DNA of 64,000 nucleotides from Candidatus Daviesbacteria bacterium (GCA_016176335.1 JACOXI010000003.1:194477-258476); one strand, 5' to 3'; positions 1-9,970 are shown, counted from the first letter of the stretch. Notes: a model not told the origin generated them from the letters alone. A program made the numbers and translations.

Positions 1-296
1 TTAGCTGCAAGGATGGTAGAAATTTTAAGTTGGGTTTGTCTGATCAAAATCTCGTATGGCCCCAGACTTTCTATATAAGGAATTTGTTGTTCAATAGCCT
101 CTTTTTTGTCTGCCAAATCCGCATCCAGTTTAAACCTTAAGATAAAGGCAATAAATACTATGACTTCAACCAATATAAAGATGTACCTTCCTGTAGAAAG
201 AAGCCAGCGGAATACTTTTACCGCCAGTTTCTCGGGATTGCTTTGCGGTTTGAGAAGGTCAAGATTAATCCCGATCTTAAGATTTTTTTTGGGCAT
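1..296 (-). CDS. PilN-like membrane protein, partial (runs off window start)
   Basis: Read by hand, not in the ORF track: ATG at 296, MPKKNLKIGINLDLLKPQ...WLLSTGRYIFILVEVIVFIAFILRFKLDADLADKKEAIEQQ..., open to base 1. INL motif, one TM and a coiled coil resemble PilN. TATAAT lies 6 nt upstream. Confidence 0.5.
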   Translation of the reverse strand, partial: MPKKNLKIGINLDLLKPQSNPEKLAVKVFRWLLSTGRYIFILVEVIVFIAFILRFKLDADLADKKEAIEQQIPYIESLGPYEILIRQTQLKISTILAA

Positions 297-309
297 GGAT
301 TAATTATAC

Positions 310-337
310 AGGGGATAGGGTGTAGGGTGTAGGGGTG
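310..337. repeat. 7-mer tandem array (TAGGGTG-like)
   Basis: aggggat agggtgt agggtgt aggggtg immediately 3' of rpsT. Confidence 0.7.
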
Positions 338-340
338 AAG

Positions 341-565
341 TTAGTTAGATAACCTTGATTTTAGTCGGGCAGCTTTGTTAGGATGGATCAGTTTTACTTT
401 GGCAGCTTTATCTAATGCGGAAAAAACTGTCTGTAGGTCTTTGGCGTTTTTTGTTGCTCTGACTTTTTTGATCAAAGCTTTCAAAGCATCTTTCCGCCTT
501 TGATTACGGATTGTTCTAGTTTTATCCTTTCTTACCTTTTTAATGGCCGAACGAATTATTGGCAT
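341..565 (-). CDS. rpsT: 30S ribosomal protein S20
   Basis: MPIIRSAIKKVR...LDKAAKVKLIHPNKAARLKSRL. Confidence 0.97.
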   Translation of the reverse strand: MPIIRSAIKKVRKDKTRTIRNQRRKDALKALIKKVRATKNAKDLQTVFSALDKAAKVKLIHPNKAARLKSRLSN

Positions 566-634
566 AAGTTATTTTGGAATGGTATCATAGCCGCTACCTT
601 TTTATCAAGCTCAAATATTGTTATAGTTTAAATT

Positions 635-2275
635 ATGGTCAAAAATTTATTATCAATTCTTTACTCGAGACAAACTTCAATCCTTTCCGGTGCTGTAATT
701 ATTATGGCCACCGTGATTTTATCAAAGATATTGGGTTTGGCAAGAGACAGGTTATTAACTCATATTTTTCCACCGGACAATATTTCTATATTTTTTGCAG
801 CTTTCGGCATACCGGATATAATCTTCCAGCTTTTGGTGTTTGGAGCTCTGTCTGTGGCTTTCATTCCTGTTTTTACGGAATATGTGGAAGGAAAAGGTAG
901 AGATGCGGCATTTAAGTTGGCAGGATCAATTCTAAACTTGGCCCTTATTGTTTTAAGTTTTGCAATTATTATCATCCTGATTTTTATTGATCCGCTCACC
1001 TCTTTGGTTGTCCCCGGGTTTTCTGTTGAGCAGCGTATACAGACAATTACCCTAACAAGAGTAATCTTATTGGGACAGTTATTTTTGGTAATAGGATCGC
1101 TCTTTAGTGGTATGTTGCAATCCTTCCAAAGATTTATTATCCCGGCATTAGCAGGAGTTTTTTATAATGTGGGAATTATTTTGGGGATAATTTTTCTTAC
1201 CTCACCTTTGGGCATGATGGGTGCAGCGATTGGGGTTGTGATTGGGGCAGTTTTACATTTTATGATACAGCTTCCGGTTATCGTCTCGTTGGGTTTTAGA
1301 CCGAAGTTTTTATTGACATTTTTTCATCCGGGAGTAAAGGAAATAACCGGGCTTATGAGTGTTAGAAGTGTGGGGTTGGCAGCGGAGCTTTTTAACGAGA
1401 GAGTGGGAATAGCTTTGGCCTCTTTAATATCTGTTCAATCGGTGACCTTTCTGACATTGTCTCAACATTTACAATTGGTACCGATTAGTCTGTTTGGAGC
1501 AACTATTGCTCAAGCAGCTCTTCCTGTGCTTTCTTCCGAGAGGGCAAGGGGCAGGATGGAAGAATTTAAAACCACACTGCTTACAACAATGCATCAGATT
1601 TTATTTCTGGCACTACCTGCAACAGCAATCCTGATAGTGTTGCGGATTCCTGCGGTAAGGCTGGTTTTCGGAGCATCTCAATTTAATTGGGAGGCAACAG
1701 TTTTAACAGGTTTAACTTTAGCTTATTTGTCAATCGGTTTGGCTGCTCAAGCGGTTTCATTACTTTTGGTCAGGGGTTTTTATGCGCTCAAAGATACAAG
1801 AACACCGGTGGTAGTTTCGCTAGTAGTTGTTGCCACAAATGTGGCCTTAAGTCTGTATTTTGTAAAGAGTTTAAGATTGGATGTTTGGAGTTTGGGTTTT
1901 GCATTCTCAATAGCCAGTATTCTATCGGCAGTGCTACTTTTTTCAACACTTCATCTTAAGGTGGGTAAATTTGATTTAAAGGTTGTTTTAATTCCCTTTT
2001 TCAAGATGGTTATGGCAACCATTATTATGGGTGTTGCTTTGTATGTACCTATAAAGCTTTTGGATCAGGTTATTTTTGACACAACAAGAACACTAAACCT
2101 TTTGATATTAACCGGTCTCTCATCAACTTTTGCTCTTTGTGTTTACGTATTATTGGTTTGGTTTTTGAAAGTCAGAGAACTGCAAACTTATTCGGATTTG
2201 TTAAGAAGAGTTGCCAAGTTTCAAAGTCAGTTTAAAGCCAAGGAAATTATCACTCCTGAGAGCGGAACTGTTTAA
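635..2275 (+). CDS. murJ: Lipid II flippase MurJ (MviN)
   Basis: SKILGLARD, AFGIPD, AFIPVF, RGFYALKDTRTP motifs; many TM helices. Confidence 0.95.
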   Translation: MVKNLLSILYSRQTSILSGAVIIMATVILSKILGLARDRLLTHIFPPDNISIFFAAFGIPDIIFQLLVFGALSVAFIPVFTEYVEGKGRDAAFKLAGSILNLALIVLSFAIIIILIFIDPLTSLVVPGFSVEQRIQTITLTRVILLGQLFLVIGSLFSGMLQSFQRFIIPALAGVFYNVGIILGIIFLTSPLGMMGAAIGVVIGAVLHFMIQLPVIVSLGFRPKFLLTFFHPGVKEITGLMSVRSVGLAAELFNERVGIALASLISVQSVTFLTLSQHLQLVPISLFGATIAQAALPVLSSERARGRMEEFKTTLLTTMHQILFLALPATAILIVLRIPAVRLVFGASQFNWEATVLTGLTLAYLSIGLAAQAVSLLLVRGFYALKDTRTPVVVSLVVVATNVALSLYFVKSLRLDVWSLGFAFSIASILSAVLLFSTLHLKVGKFDLKVVLIPFFKMVMATIIMGVALYVPIKLLDQVIFDTTRTLNLLILTGLSSTFALCVYVLLVWFLKVRELQTYSDLLRRVAKFQSQFKAKEIITPESGTV

Positions 2276-2280
2276 TCTTG

Positions 2281-4041
2281 ATGTATATCAGAAATTTTTG
2301 CATTATTGCTCATATAGATGCGGGAAAGTCAACACTGGCTGATAGGCTGTTGGAGATCACAGGAACTGTTCCTAAAGAAAAACTAAAACCCCAGTTGTTG
2401 GATAGTTTGGCTTTAGAGCGGGAGCGTGGTATTACAATTAAATTGGCTCCCGTGCGTTTACGATATACGATAAACGATACACAATATACTCTTAATTTAA
2501 TTGATACTCCCGGCCATGTTGATTTTTCTTATGAGGTATCGCGCGCTTTGGCTGCTGTGGAAGGGGCGATTTTGCTTGTTGATGCAACAGCGGGTATTCA
2601 GGCTCAAACTTTGGCACATGGTCTGGCTGCTTTGGATCAAAACCTGACTTTAATATCTGTAATAAACAAGGTTGATTTGTCTCATGCTGATGTCCAAAAA
2701 TCAACCAAAGCATTGACAGATACTTTTGGATTTTCAGAATCGGAAATATTACTCGTTTCCGGAAAAACCGGTCAGGGAGTGGATAAACTTTTACAAGCTA
2801 TCGTGGAAAGAATTCCTGCTCCCAAATCCGAGACAGACAAACCATTGAGAGCTTTAATCTTTGATTCGTTCTTTGATTCGTTTAAAGGTGTTATTGCCCA
2901 AGTGAGGATTGTTGAGGGGCAAACACCACCAGTAAACAGTAAAATATCCTTTTTGCGAACGCAGGCAGCAGGGCATATCCTGGAAACAGGATTTTTTGTG
3001 CCGCAGCTAACCGTTAACGAGGGATTAAAAAGCGGGGAAATAGGTTATATTGCCACCGGCATCAAAGAACCTGATCTGGTGCGGGTGGGAGATACCATCA
3101 GTTCCACATTTGAGGTGGAGCCCTTGCCAGGATATAAAGAGGTTAAACCTATGGTCTTTGTTGGACTTTTTCCCATAGATGCTGACAAATACTTTGAACT
3201 GAAAGATGCTCTTGCCAAGTTTAGATTAACGGATCCTGCTTTTTCATATATACCGGAGCAATCACAAGCTTTAGGTGCGGGATTTCGATGTGGATTTTTA
3301 GGACTGTTACATGCGGAAGTTGTTCAGGAAAGACTATCAGGAGAATTTAATGTTGATCTTATGGTAACAGTTCCTTCAGTTGAGTATCTTTTAAATAACC
3401 AGCCGATTACCTCTCCTTCGGAGTTGCCCCAGGGAGAAAACATAACCGATTTGAAAGAGCCATGGGTGAAATTGAGAATTTTTGTGCCCCAAAATTATAT
3501 TGGGTCTGTCATGGAGTTAATACAAGATAAAAGAGGCAGATTTTTAAACATGCAGCATTTCGGGCTTCAGGTGGAGATGTCCTATGAAATGCCGCTTTCT
3601 GAAATGGTGACTAATTTTTACGACAGATTAAAATCAGTTTCTTCTGGTTTTGCATCGTTGGATTGGGAGTTTTTGGAATTTCGGGAGGCGGATTGTGTAC
3701 GGGTTGATATTTTGGTGGGAGGAGAGAAGGTTGATGCGCTTTCCATGATCATAATTAAGGAAAAGGCAGAATCCGCCGGTCGGCTGATGGTGGAAAAATT
3801 AAAAGAGGTACTCCCCAGGCAAAATTTTGCAATAGCAATACAGGCAGCAATTGGTGGAACAATTATTGCCAGAGAAACGCTTTCTCCCTTTAGAAAAGAT
3901 GTCACAGCCAAATTATATGGTGGAGATAGAACCAGAAAAGATAAGCTGCTAGAGAAGCAGAAAAAAGGTAAAAAGAAGATGAAGATGGTAGGCCGTGTAG
4001 AAATTCCCCAAGAAGCATTTTTAAGTATTTTGAAAAGTTAA
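2281..4041 (+). CDS. lepA: Elongation factor 4 (LepA)
   Basis: [61 protein letters not shown]. Confidence 0.98.
   Translation: MYIRNFCIIAHIDAGKSTLADRLLEITGTVPKEKLKPQLLDSLALERERGITIKLAPVRLRYTINDTQYTLNLIDTPGHVDFSYEVSRALAAVEGAILLVDATAGIQAQTLAHGLAALDQNLTLISVINKVDLSHADVQKSTKALTDTFGFSESEILLVSGKTGQGVDKLLQAIVERIPAPKSETDKPLRALIFDSFFDSFKGVIAQVRIVEGQTPPVNSKISFLRTQAAGHILETGFFVPQLTVNEGLKSGEIGYIATGIKEPDLVRVGDTISSTFEVEPLPGYKEVKPMVFVGLFPIDADKYFELKDALAKFRLTDPAFSYIPEQSQALGAGFRCGFLGLLHAEVVQERLSGEFNVDLMVTVPSVEYLLNNQPITSPSELPQGENITDLKEPWVKLRIFVPQNYIGSVMELIQDKRGRFLNMQHFGLQVEMSYEMPLSEMVTNFYDRLKSVSSGFASLDWEFLEFREADCVRVDILVGGEKVDALSMIIIKEKAESAGRLMVEKLKEVLPRQNFAIAIQAAIGGTIIARETLSPFRKDVTAKLYGGDRTRKDKLLEKQKKGKKKMKMVGRVEIPQEAFLSILKS
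2459..2490 (+). repeat. In-frame 7-mer array inside lepA
   Basis: tacgata tacgata aacgata cacaata tact, encoding RYTINDTQYT. Confidence 0.7.
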
Positions 4042-4563
4042 ATGAAAAAATACGTTTTTAAGGCTTACAATCCAATTTTCCCTGAACTTTTTGAAAAAGA
4101 AAAAAGCAGGATAAAAAAGGTTTTGGGAAGTAGTGATCGTATTGAACATGTTGGCAGTACTGCGGTTTTAGGTTTAGGCGGTAAGGGGATAATTGATATT
4201 TATATTGCCACACAGAAAAATCAAATGAAGGTTTTATCGAAAAAATTACAGGGATTGGGTTATGAATATGAACCTGAAGGTGGTTCGGATGAGCGTTTGT
4301 TCCATCGGATCTCTTTGCCTGATCCCGCGGAAGAAGTAAGAACCTATCATGTTCATGTGACTTTTCCCGAGAGTGATGAGTGGATTAAGGCAATTAAATT
4401 GCGGGATTATTTAAGAACGCACCCTCAAGATGCCCAAAAATATGCTAAGGCGAAAAAGCTTGCGGCAGCGAAGGCTAATGAAAGTAGGAAAACTTATCTC
4501 AAGATAAAGAGCCCTATTTTAGAAGAAATAATTGAGAAATCCTTAACATTCGGAAGACTATAA
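4042..4563 (+). CDS. GrpB/UPF0157 family nucleotidyltransferase-like protein
   Basis: IEHVGSTAV, KGIIDI, YHVHV, LRDYLRTHP..A..Y...K motifs. Confidence 0.88.
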   Translation: MKKYVFKAYNPIFPELFEKEKSRIKKVLGSSDRIEHVGSTAVLGLGGKGIIDIYIATQKNQMKVLSKKLQGLGYEYEPEGGSDERLFHRISLPDPAEEVRTYHVHVTFPESDEWIKAIKLRDYLRTHPQDAQKYAKAKKLAAAKANESRKTYLKIKSPILEEIIEKSLTFGRL

Positions 4564-4585
4564 TGATTTAAATCATTAAAGCAGT

Positions 4586-4792
4586 TTAACGGTAAGTTTG
4601 GGTAGTGCGGCGTTCAATTCGTTGATGAATTTTTAGGTAAGTATTAATATCAAGTAGAGCTGCTTTTGGTTTACCATGTTGGGCTATGATAATCACGCCA
4701 TCTTTGGGTAGGTTTTTCAGGATATCTGATAATTTCCTCCTAAGTTCATCAGTGCCTATAAATTTTTTGTCTAGAATATTGCTTAATTGCAT
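4586..4792 (-). CDS. Phd/YefM family antitoxin-like protein with no adjacent toxin
   Basis: IGTDELRRKLSDILK...IIIAQHGKPKAALL matches the Phd pattern; own TTGACA/TATGAT promoter. Confidence 0.75.
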   Translation of the reverse strand: MQLSNILDKKFIGTDELRRKLSDILKNLPKDGVIIIAQHGKPKAALLDINTYLKIHQRIERRTTQTYR

Positions 4793-4864
4793 GAGGATAT
4801 CATAACATATTCCTTAGGTTTGTCAATAGTTGCTTTTAGGTTCAAAGAGACAGATAATACCTCT

Positions 4865-5677
4865 ATGAACCCATTAATAAGCGTAGTGATACCAACCTAC
4901 AATCGTAAAAATATAGTTTTGGAAGCTATTCAAAGCGTGTTACAGCAAGAGCCTAAAAATTATGAAGTGATCGTTGTGGATGATGGTTCTACAGACAAAA
5001 CAGCAGAGTACATAAAGTCTTTAAAGTTACCTGTCAGGATTATTAATAAAGAAAATGGTGGGGTAGCCAGTGCCAGAAATGCCGGCATTAAAAACGCTAG
5101 AGGTAGATATATAGCGTTTTTAGACTCTGATGATATTTGGCTGCCGGGAATTTTAAAGGCTCAACTTGCCTATTTAAAATTTCACCCAAATATTCCATTG
5201 GTGTACACAGATCAGTATATTCAGGTGAGAGGAAGAAGGCGTAAGAAGACAAGGTTTAGTTATCAACCACCTAGAAATATGTTTAATCTACCTGGGTTCA
5301 TAGATAAAGTCCCAATTCACTCATCATCGGTTATGGTTAGAAAGTCAATTTTTGAAAAGATGGGTTCGTTTAATGAAAATCTGAAAATTCACGAAGATAC
5401 AGAGATGTGGAACAGGATTAGTGAGCGTTATAAACTTGGTTTTATCGACAAACCTCTTGCTATTTTTCGGTGGGAGGTAGATCCTCGGCATTTACTTAGG
5501 GAAAGCGAGAGAAAAAAGTTTGTACAAGAAGGGAAGAAATATATGAAGTTGTATGAAGATAGAAGACAAAACAGGGAATTGACTGATGAAGAAAAGAAAG
5601 CCATAAAAAGAAGTAGATCTATTCTAGAAAGAATTGAAGCTAAACTTTATCCAACAAATTCTCGATCGAGAATATAG
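4865..5677 (+). CDS. Family 2 glycosyltransferase
   Basis: ISVVIPTYNR, VIVVDDGSTD, ARNAG, AFLDSDD, HED. Start moved to ATG 4865 (MNPLISVV). Confidence 0.93.
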   Translation: MNPLISVVIPTYNRKNIVLEAIQSVLQQEPKNYEVIVVDDGSTDKTAEYIKSLKLPVRIINKENGGVASARNAGIKNARGRYIAFLDSDDIWLPGILKAQLAYLKFHPNIPLVYTDQYIQVRGRRRKKTRFSYQPPRNMFNLPGFIDKVPIHSSSVMVRKSIFEKMGSFNENLKIHEDTEMWNRISERYKLGFIDKPLAIFRWEVDPRHLLRESERKKFVQEGKKYMKLYEDRRQNRELTDEEKKAIKRSRSILERIEAKLYPTNSRSRI

Positions 5678-5737
5678 TGAAAAATAATTATAAACCTCTC
5701 TTGATTAAATAACTACTTTGTGAGTAAACTGGAAGTA

Positions 5738-5765
5738 GTCCCACTTCGTCAAGACTTCGCGGGAC
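5738..5765. repeat. REP-like hairpin, family B
   Basis: gtcccacttcgtcaagacttcgcgggac; its reverse complement shares CGAAGTCTTGAC with the copy in nusA at 20636. Confidence 0.75.
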
Positions 5766-5788
5766 AAAGAAGGAGGTGATTTAATAAA

Positions 5789-5995
5789 ATGAAAACACTT
5801 CATATGGTAGCCTTTACCCTGTTGGTGGTTGGTGGTTTGAACTGGGGCCTTTGGGCTTTGTTTAATTTTAACCTGGTTAACACTGTGTTGGGTGCTTGGC
5901 CAACAGTTGAAAAGTTAGTGTACATTTTGGTTGGTGTATCAGCTGTCTACATAGCTGCGACACACATGCAGGATTGTAAAGCGTGTGGAAAGTGA
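5789..5995 (+). CDS. DUF378 family small membrane protein
   Basis: LLVVGGLNWGL...FNLV...VYILVGVSA; strong SD (aaggaggtg) upstream. Confidence 0.9.
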   Translation: MKTLHMVAFTLLVVGGLNWGLWALFNFNLVNTVLGAWPTVEKLVYILVGVSAVYIAATHMQDCKACGK

Positions 5996-6002
5996 CGCTT
6001 TG

Positions 6003-6039
6003 CGTCATCCCGAGGAGCCATTAAGGCGACGAAGGATCT
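6003..6039 (+). repeat. REP-like hairpin, family A (GTCAT-tagged)
   Basis: cgtcatcccgaggagccattaaggcgacgaaggatct; same frame sequence as 13440 and 55151. Confidence 0.8.
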
Positions 6040-6051
6040 GGTAATTATTTT

Positions 6052-6080
6052 AATCCCGCACCTCATGGTGCGGGATTTTT
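6052..6080 (+). terminator. Intrinsic terminator-like hairpin
   Basis: aatcccgcacc-tcat-ggtgcgggatt followed by a T run. Confidence 0.7.
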
Positions 6081-6094
6081 GTTAGAATACAAAC

Positions 6095-7069
6095 ATGAAA
6101 ATCATTAAACCTCCCAAACTTAATATTGGAGATACTATTGGAATTGTTGCTTCATCTCTGCCTGTATTACCGTCTTTTAAAGAAAACTATGAACGTGGGA
6201 AAAAACTAATTGAGGAGATGGGTTTTAAGATCAAGGAGGGGAAAACAATAAGTCAGACTCGCTGGTGGATGGCAGGCACACCCAAAGAAGTGGCTTGGGA
6301 TATCAATAATATGTTTGCTGATAAAAAAATCAAAGCCATCATAGCTCAAACCGGTGGCTATTCTGCAATATCTATTTTAGAACATCTTGACTACCCGCTG
6401 ATTGCTCAAAATCCAAAACCATTTATAGGTATGTCGGATGTAACAGCATACCATTTGGCAATTTTTGCAAAAATTGGCATGGTGGGATTTCATATGGATG
6501 ATGTGACATTTGGGATGGGTAGGGAGTTGAAAGAAGGACAGCAGGATTGGCCCAAGTTAGATCAGGAGTTTTTTTTAAAATTTTTAACAAGAAATGAAGC
6601 ACCTGGAATCATTAAACCAGTAACTGAATGGGAAGAATGGAAAACAGGGAAGGCGGAAGGTCATTTAATTGGAGGGATATTGGAGAGAATTTCAGTGCTT
6701 GCAGGTTCGCACTATTTTCCCAGGCCGGAGGTATTTGAGGGGAGCATATTATTTTGGGAGGAAGTGGGAGTAGAACTGACTGATATTTACCAGTATCTTT
6801 ACCAGCTTAAAAATATGGGGATTTTGGAAAAGATTCATGGAATGTTGATTGGTAAATTGAAATATATCAAGCCTGCAATGGAGACAGAAATAATTGAACC
6901 AACTGCCAAAGAGATGATTTTGGATGTTTTAAAAGATTACAGATTCCCCATCATGGCCAATTTGGATTTTGGGCACTTTACAGTCAATATCCCCATGCCA
7001 ATAGGTATAAAAGTTTCTTTTGATACTTCCAAAAAGCAGTTAAAATTTTTAGAATCTGCTGTAGTTTAA
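6095..7069 (+). CDS. S66 family peptidase (LD-carboxypeptidase/MccF-like)
   Basis: PPKLNIGDTIGIVASS, TGGY, GMSD (Ser), WEE (Glu), FGH (His) triad. Confidence 0.9.
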   Translation: MKIIKPPKLNIGDTIGIVASSLPVLPSFKENYERGKKLIEEMGFKIKEGKTISQTRWWMAGTPKEVAWDINNMFADKKIKAIIAQTGGYSAISILEHLDYPLIAQNPKPFIGMSDVTAYHLAIFAKIGMVGFHMDDVTFGMGRELKEGQQDWPKLDQEFFLKFLTRNEAPGIIKPVTEWEEWKTGKAEGHLIGGILERISVLAGSHYFPRPEVFEGSILFWEEVGVELTDIYQYLYQLKNMGILEKIHGMLIGKLKYIKPAMETEIIEPTAKEMILDVLKDYRFPIMANLDFGHFTVNIPMPIGIKVSFDTSKKQLKFLESAVV

Positions 7070-7800
7070 CCTCTAATCACTTTACAGTTGGGGCAGCGTA
7101 AGGAAGTGTCTTCATAAATTTTGGCAACTTGGTCAGAAAGTTTAAACTCTAAAGTTGTGCCTTCTGAAATAGAGAAAACATCAGGACTATTATCAAAAGT
7201 GAGTGTGGCTTTTCCTCTGACTAGCTGGAAGCCAATTTTGTCAAATCCGTCTGCTTTATCATACTCATCTTGATTTAGATATATTGGTGCTGTCTTTTTG
7301 GTTGTATTATTAAATGCCAGAGCAAAACCGTCGCTAAAAGATTCACCGGTAATACTTTTAAAATAACCTGTTGAACCAAAGGGTGTAGATACGACAATAC
7401 CATCTCCTATGTAAATTTCTCCAGGGGTATCATCTTGTAATGTTTTAAAGCGGATTGTATGTATTGGTTCTTTATTACGGACAACAAAATCATTTAATGC
7501 AAGAAGAGCCTTACCATACACACTTGTGTGAAGCTTTTTATATTCTTTGAGTTGTAATTCCTTCTCCAGTAACTTTTTAAGTATAACTTTATCCTCATGG
7601 TTTAAACATTTTTTGCAAATTAAGCTATCTCTTATCGGAAGTTTTGGCACACCTGGATATTTTTTCTCCGAAGAAAGCAGAGTCCCATCCCCGCCATAAC
7701 TTATTACCACATCCGGATTTTCGGTTACTATCTCAAATCCTAAACTTTGTATCAACCCTGCTATATTTTTTGCATTATTACCATGCAGCAAGACTTTCAT
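7066..7800 (-). CDS. nadK: NAD(+) kinase
   Basis: GGDGT, ALND, GDGIVVSTPFGSTGY motifs. Confidence 0.85.
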   Translation of the reverse strand: MKVLLHGNNAKNIAGLIQSLGFEIVTENPDVVISYGGDGTLLSSEKKYPGVPKLPIRDSLICKKCLNHEDKVILKKLLEKELQLKEYKKLHTSVYGKALLALNDFVVRNKEPIHTIRFKTLQDDTPGEIYIGDGIVVSTPFGSTGYFKSITGESFSDGFALAFNNTTKKTAPIYLNQDEYDKADGFDKIGFQLVRGKATLTFDNSPDVFSISEGTTLEFKLSDQVAKIYEDTSLRCPNCKVIRG

Positions 7801-7844
7801 GTAGCTAATGATACTACAGATTAGGTATACTTAAAAATTAAGTT

Positions 7845-9083
7845 ATGAGACCTAAAATTTCTCCTTTTATAGTCCTTAAGGTAACCCACTTTAGAAGTTA
7901 TCTATTTGGGGCATTTATTTCAGAGATTGGTAACCAGATGCAGACAGTGGCAGTTGCCTGGCAAGTTTATGAACTAACCCGAAATCCTGCATCTTTGGGA
8001 CTGATTGGTCTGGCCAATTTTTTACCAATAATTGCTTTTTCCTTAGTCGGAGGATTGGTGGCTGATAAAGTTGACAGGAAAAAGTTGTTAATTTTTGCAC
8101 AAGCTGCTCAGTTAATTTTGGCAATCATTCTTTTTGCCATGACTGTTTTTCATCTTATTAACCCTCTAATGATTTATGGTATTTTAGTGTTGGTTGCAAC
8201 TTCACAATCATTTTCCATCCCGGCCAGGCAAAGCGTGTTGCCCCATCTTGTGCCAAAACAATATTTTATGAATGCAGTTTCTTTAAATGTTTTGCAGTTT
8301 CAGGGAGCCACCATGATTGGTCCCGCCGTGGCGGGATTTTTGATTGGGGGAGTGGGAATATCAGCAGTGTATTTTCTTAATGCCTTATCTTTCTTATTTT
8401 TTATAGGAACACTGTTTACTTTAAATGTTTCTTTGCAAAAACATGATGCTGGGGAGGTGGAATTTAGTTTAGCATCCATTATGGAAGGGATAAAATTTGT
8501 GGTCAAAACCCCCATTCTTTATAACACCATGATTTTGGATTTTAGCGCTACTTTTTTTGGTACAGCCACTATTTTAATGCCTGTTTTTGCCCAGGATGTT
8601 TTGCATGTTGGCCCAAAAGGTTTGGGGCTTTTATACTCTGCTCCAGCCATAGGCGGGGTATTGGCAGGGCTTTTAGTTTCTGCTTTACATCACAAGATCA
8701 AACATCAAGGCAAGGTAATTATTGGGGCGCTCACTGTATATGGATTAGCCACAATTGGGTTTGGTTTATCTAAAATTTTCCCTCTTTCCATATTATTTTT
8801 AATCATGCTTGGTTTTGGAGATATGGTCTCCACTATTATCAGAAATACCATCAGACAAATGATTACTCCGGATCATTTAAGGGGCAGGATGGCCTCTGTG
8901 ATGAGGATTTTCTTTCAGGGCGGGCCACAGCTGGGGGATATGGAAGCTGGATTTTTGGCCAAAGTAATTGGCGGTCCAGCCTCTGTGGTGGTGGGTGGCA
9001 TAGGAGTGCTGGCAGTTTTGTCAGTACTTACTTTTAAAGGTAAAGCTTTGAGAGAGTATCACGGTAAAGACTTGGCAGTGTAA
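7845..9083 (+). CDS. MFS transporter (EntS/MFS_3-like)
   Basis: GGLVADKVDRKK motif A, PARQS, TPDHLRGR; about 12 TM. Confidence 0.9.
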   Translation: MRPKISPFIVLKVTHFRSYLFGAFISEIGNQMQTVAVAWQVYELTRNPASLGLIGLANFLPIIAFSLVGGLVADKVDRKKLLIFAQAAQLILAIILFAMTVFHLINPLMIYGILVLVATSQSFSIPARQSVLPHLVPKQYFMNAVSLNVLQFQGATMIGPAVAGFLIGGVGISAVYFLNALSFLFFIGTLFTLNVSLQKHDAGEVEFSLASIMEGIKFVVKTPILYNTMILDFSATFFGTATILMPVFAQDVLHVGPKGLGLLYSAPAIGGVLAGLLVSALHHKIKHQGKVIIGALTVYGLATIGFGLSKIFPLSILFLIMLGFGDMVSTIIRNTIRQMITPDHLRGRMASVMRIFFQGGPQLGDMEAGFLAKVIGGPASVVVGGIGVLAVLSVLTFKGKALREYHGKDLAV

Positions 9084-9084
9084 A

Positions 9085-9732
9085 TTATTTTGAAATCTTC
9101 AGTGATGAAGCAACTTTTAATAAAGTATCTCCTACTAATTCTCCCGCATTAGGCGCAGATCCCGCACTTAAGCTAAAAATATCGGAGTTAAGTTCAGGTT
9201 GGACAAAAAGTACCCCGTAAGAATATGCAACTGTACGAGGGTCTGGCGAAGGGGATGGGAATATGAGTAACTCATTTTGGCCATTTATTGTGGATACGTT
9301 TCTGCGAACAGTTCCTTGTACAATCTCTGGAATGAAAGGCTTAAGATAATAATCTGCTGCTTGTTTTACAGTTGAACCAAATACTCTGTCAAGCTTTGTT
9401 ATCCATATTGAATTATTCTGGTTGCTTTGATCTTTAATAGTGACCACATACTGCGTTCCGCCTTGTGGATTAAGACCCTCTTCAGCTTCCCAGTCCGCTG
9501 GAATTTTTACGCAGAAATTTAGGTTGTTACTACAAAAAGTTTTCTCGTTTTGTACAGGAAATGAGGTAGGTTGTGGGGTTTGCTCGCCTCGATGAGTCGA
9601 AGCGGGGGAAGTTACCACTGGATTAGCTGCGGGTTTTGGAGAAGTGGATCTACCCAGAAAATATGCTCCACCAGCAATTAGTATTATTAAAGCCCCAACT
9701 ATTATCCAAATCAGTATTTGCCCTTTTTGCAT
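9085..9732 (-). CDS. Membrane-anchored surface protein, PsbP/DcrB-like domain possible
   Basis: MQKG plus N-terminal TM, Pro/Thr linker, FCVKIPADW motif. Confidence 0.55.
   Translation of the reverse strand: MQKGQILIWIIVGALIILIAGGAYFLGRSTSPKPAANPVVTSPASTHRGEQTPQPTSFPVQNEKTFCSNNLNFCVKIPADWEAEEGLNPQGGTQYVVTIKDQSNQNNSIWITKLDRVFGSTVKQAADYYLKPFIPEIVQGTVRRNVSTINGQNELLIFPSPSPDPRTVAYSYGVLFVQPELNSDIFSLSAGSAPNAGELVGDTLLKVASSLKISK
9583..9606. repeat. In-frame REP-like palindrome
   Basis: ctcgcctcga-tgag-tcgaagcggg; encodes PASTHRGE in the linker of the minus-strand ORF. Confidence 0.65.
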
Positions 9733-9736
9733 ACCT

Positions 9737-9929
9737 TTATTCTAACAGTTTAGGATATAAAAGAATTAGCAAAAAACTTATGACCAGAGCTGAGAAAAAT
9801 GGGATTTTAATAAAAACACCCTTTTTATCAAGGTTAATATCCCAAGGCAAACGGGGAAACTTGGGAATAATATTCTCTACCAAACTCATTAAAAGAAAAA
9901 CCGTAAAGAAAACAATAAATTCCTTTCAT
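9737..9929 (-). pseudogene. DUF2905-like small membrane protein with an apparent 1-nt frameshift after the start codon (or a 50-aa ORF from ATG 9889)
   Basis: Frame KEFIVFFTVFLLMSLVENIIPKFPRLPWDINLDKKGVFIKIPFFSALVISFLLILLYPKLLE* is out of frame with ATG 9929 by one A; TATAAT 8 nt before that ATG. Confidence 0.5.
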
Positions 9930-9970
9930 ACTGTTTTATTATAAATTGACTGTTACTTAATTAAAATACT

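Noticed and set aside
9924-9929. TGA recoding (genetic code 25) to explain the DUF2905-like frame
   Set aside because: TGA terminates clear genes here (rnj, rpsJ, rplD), and reading through gives no upstream start
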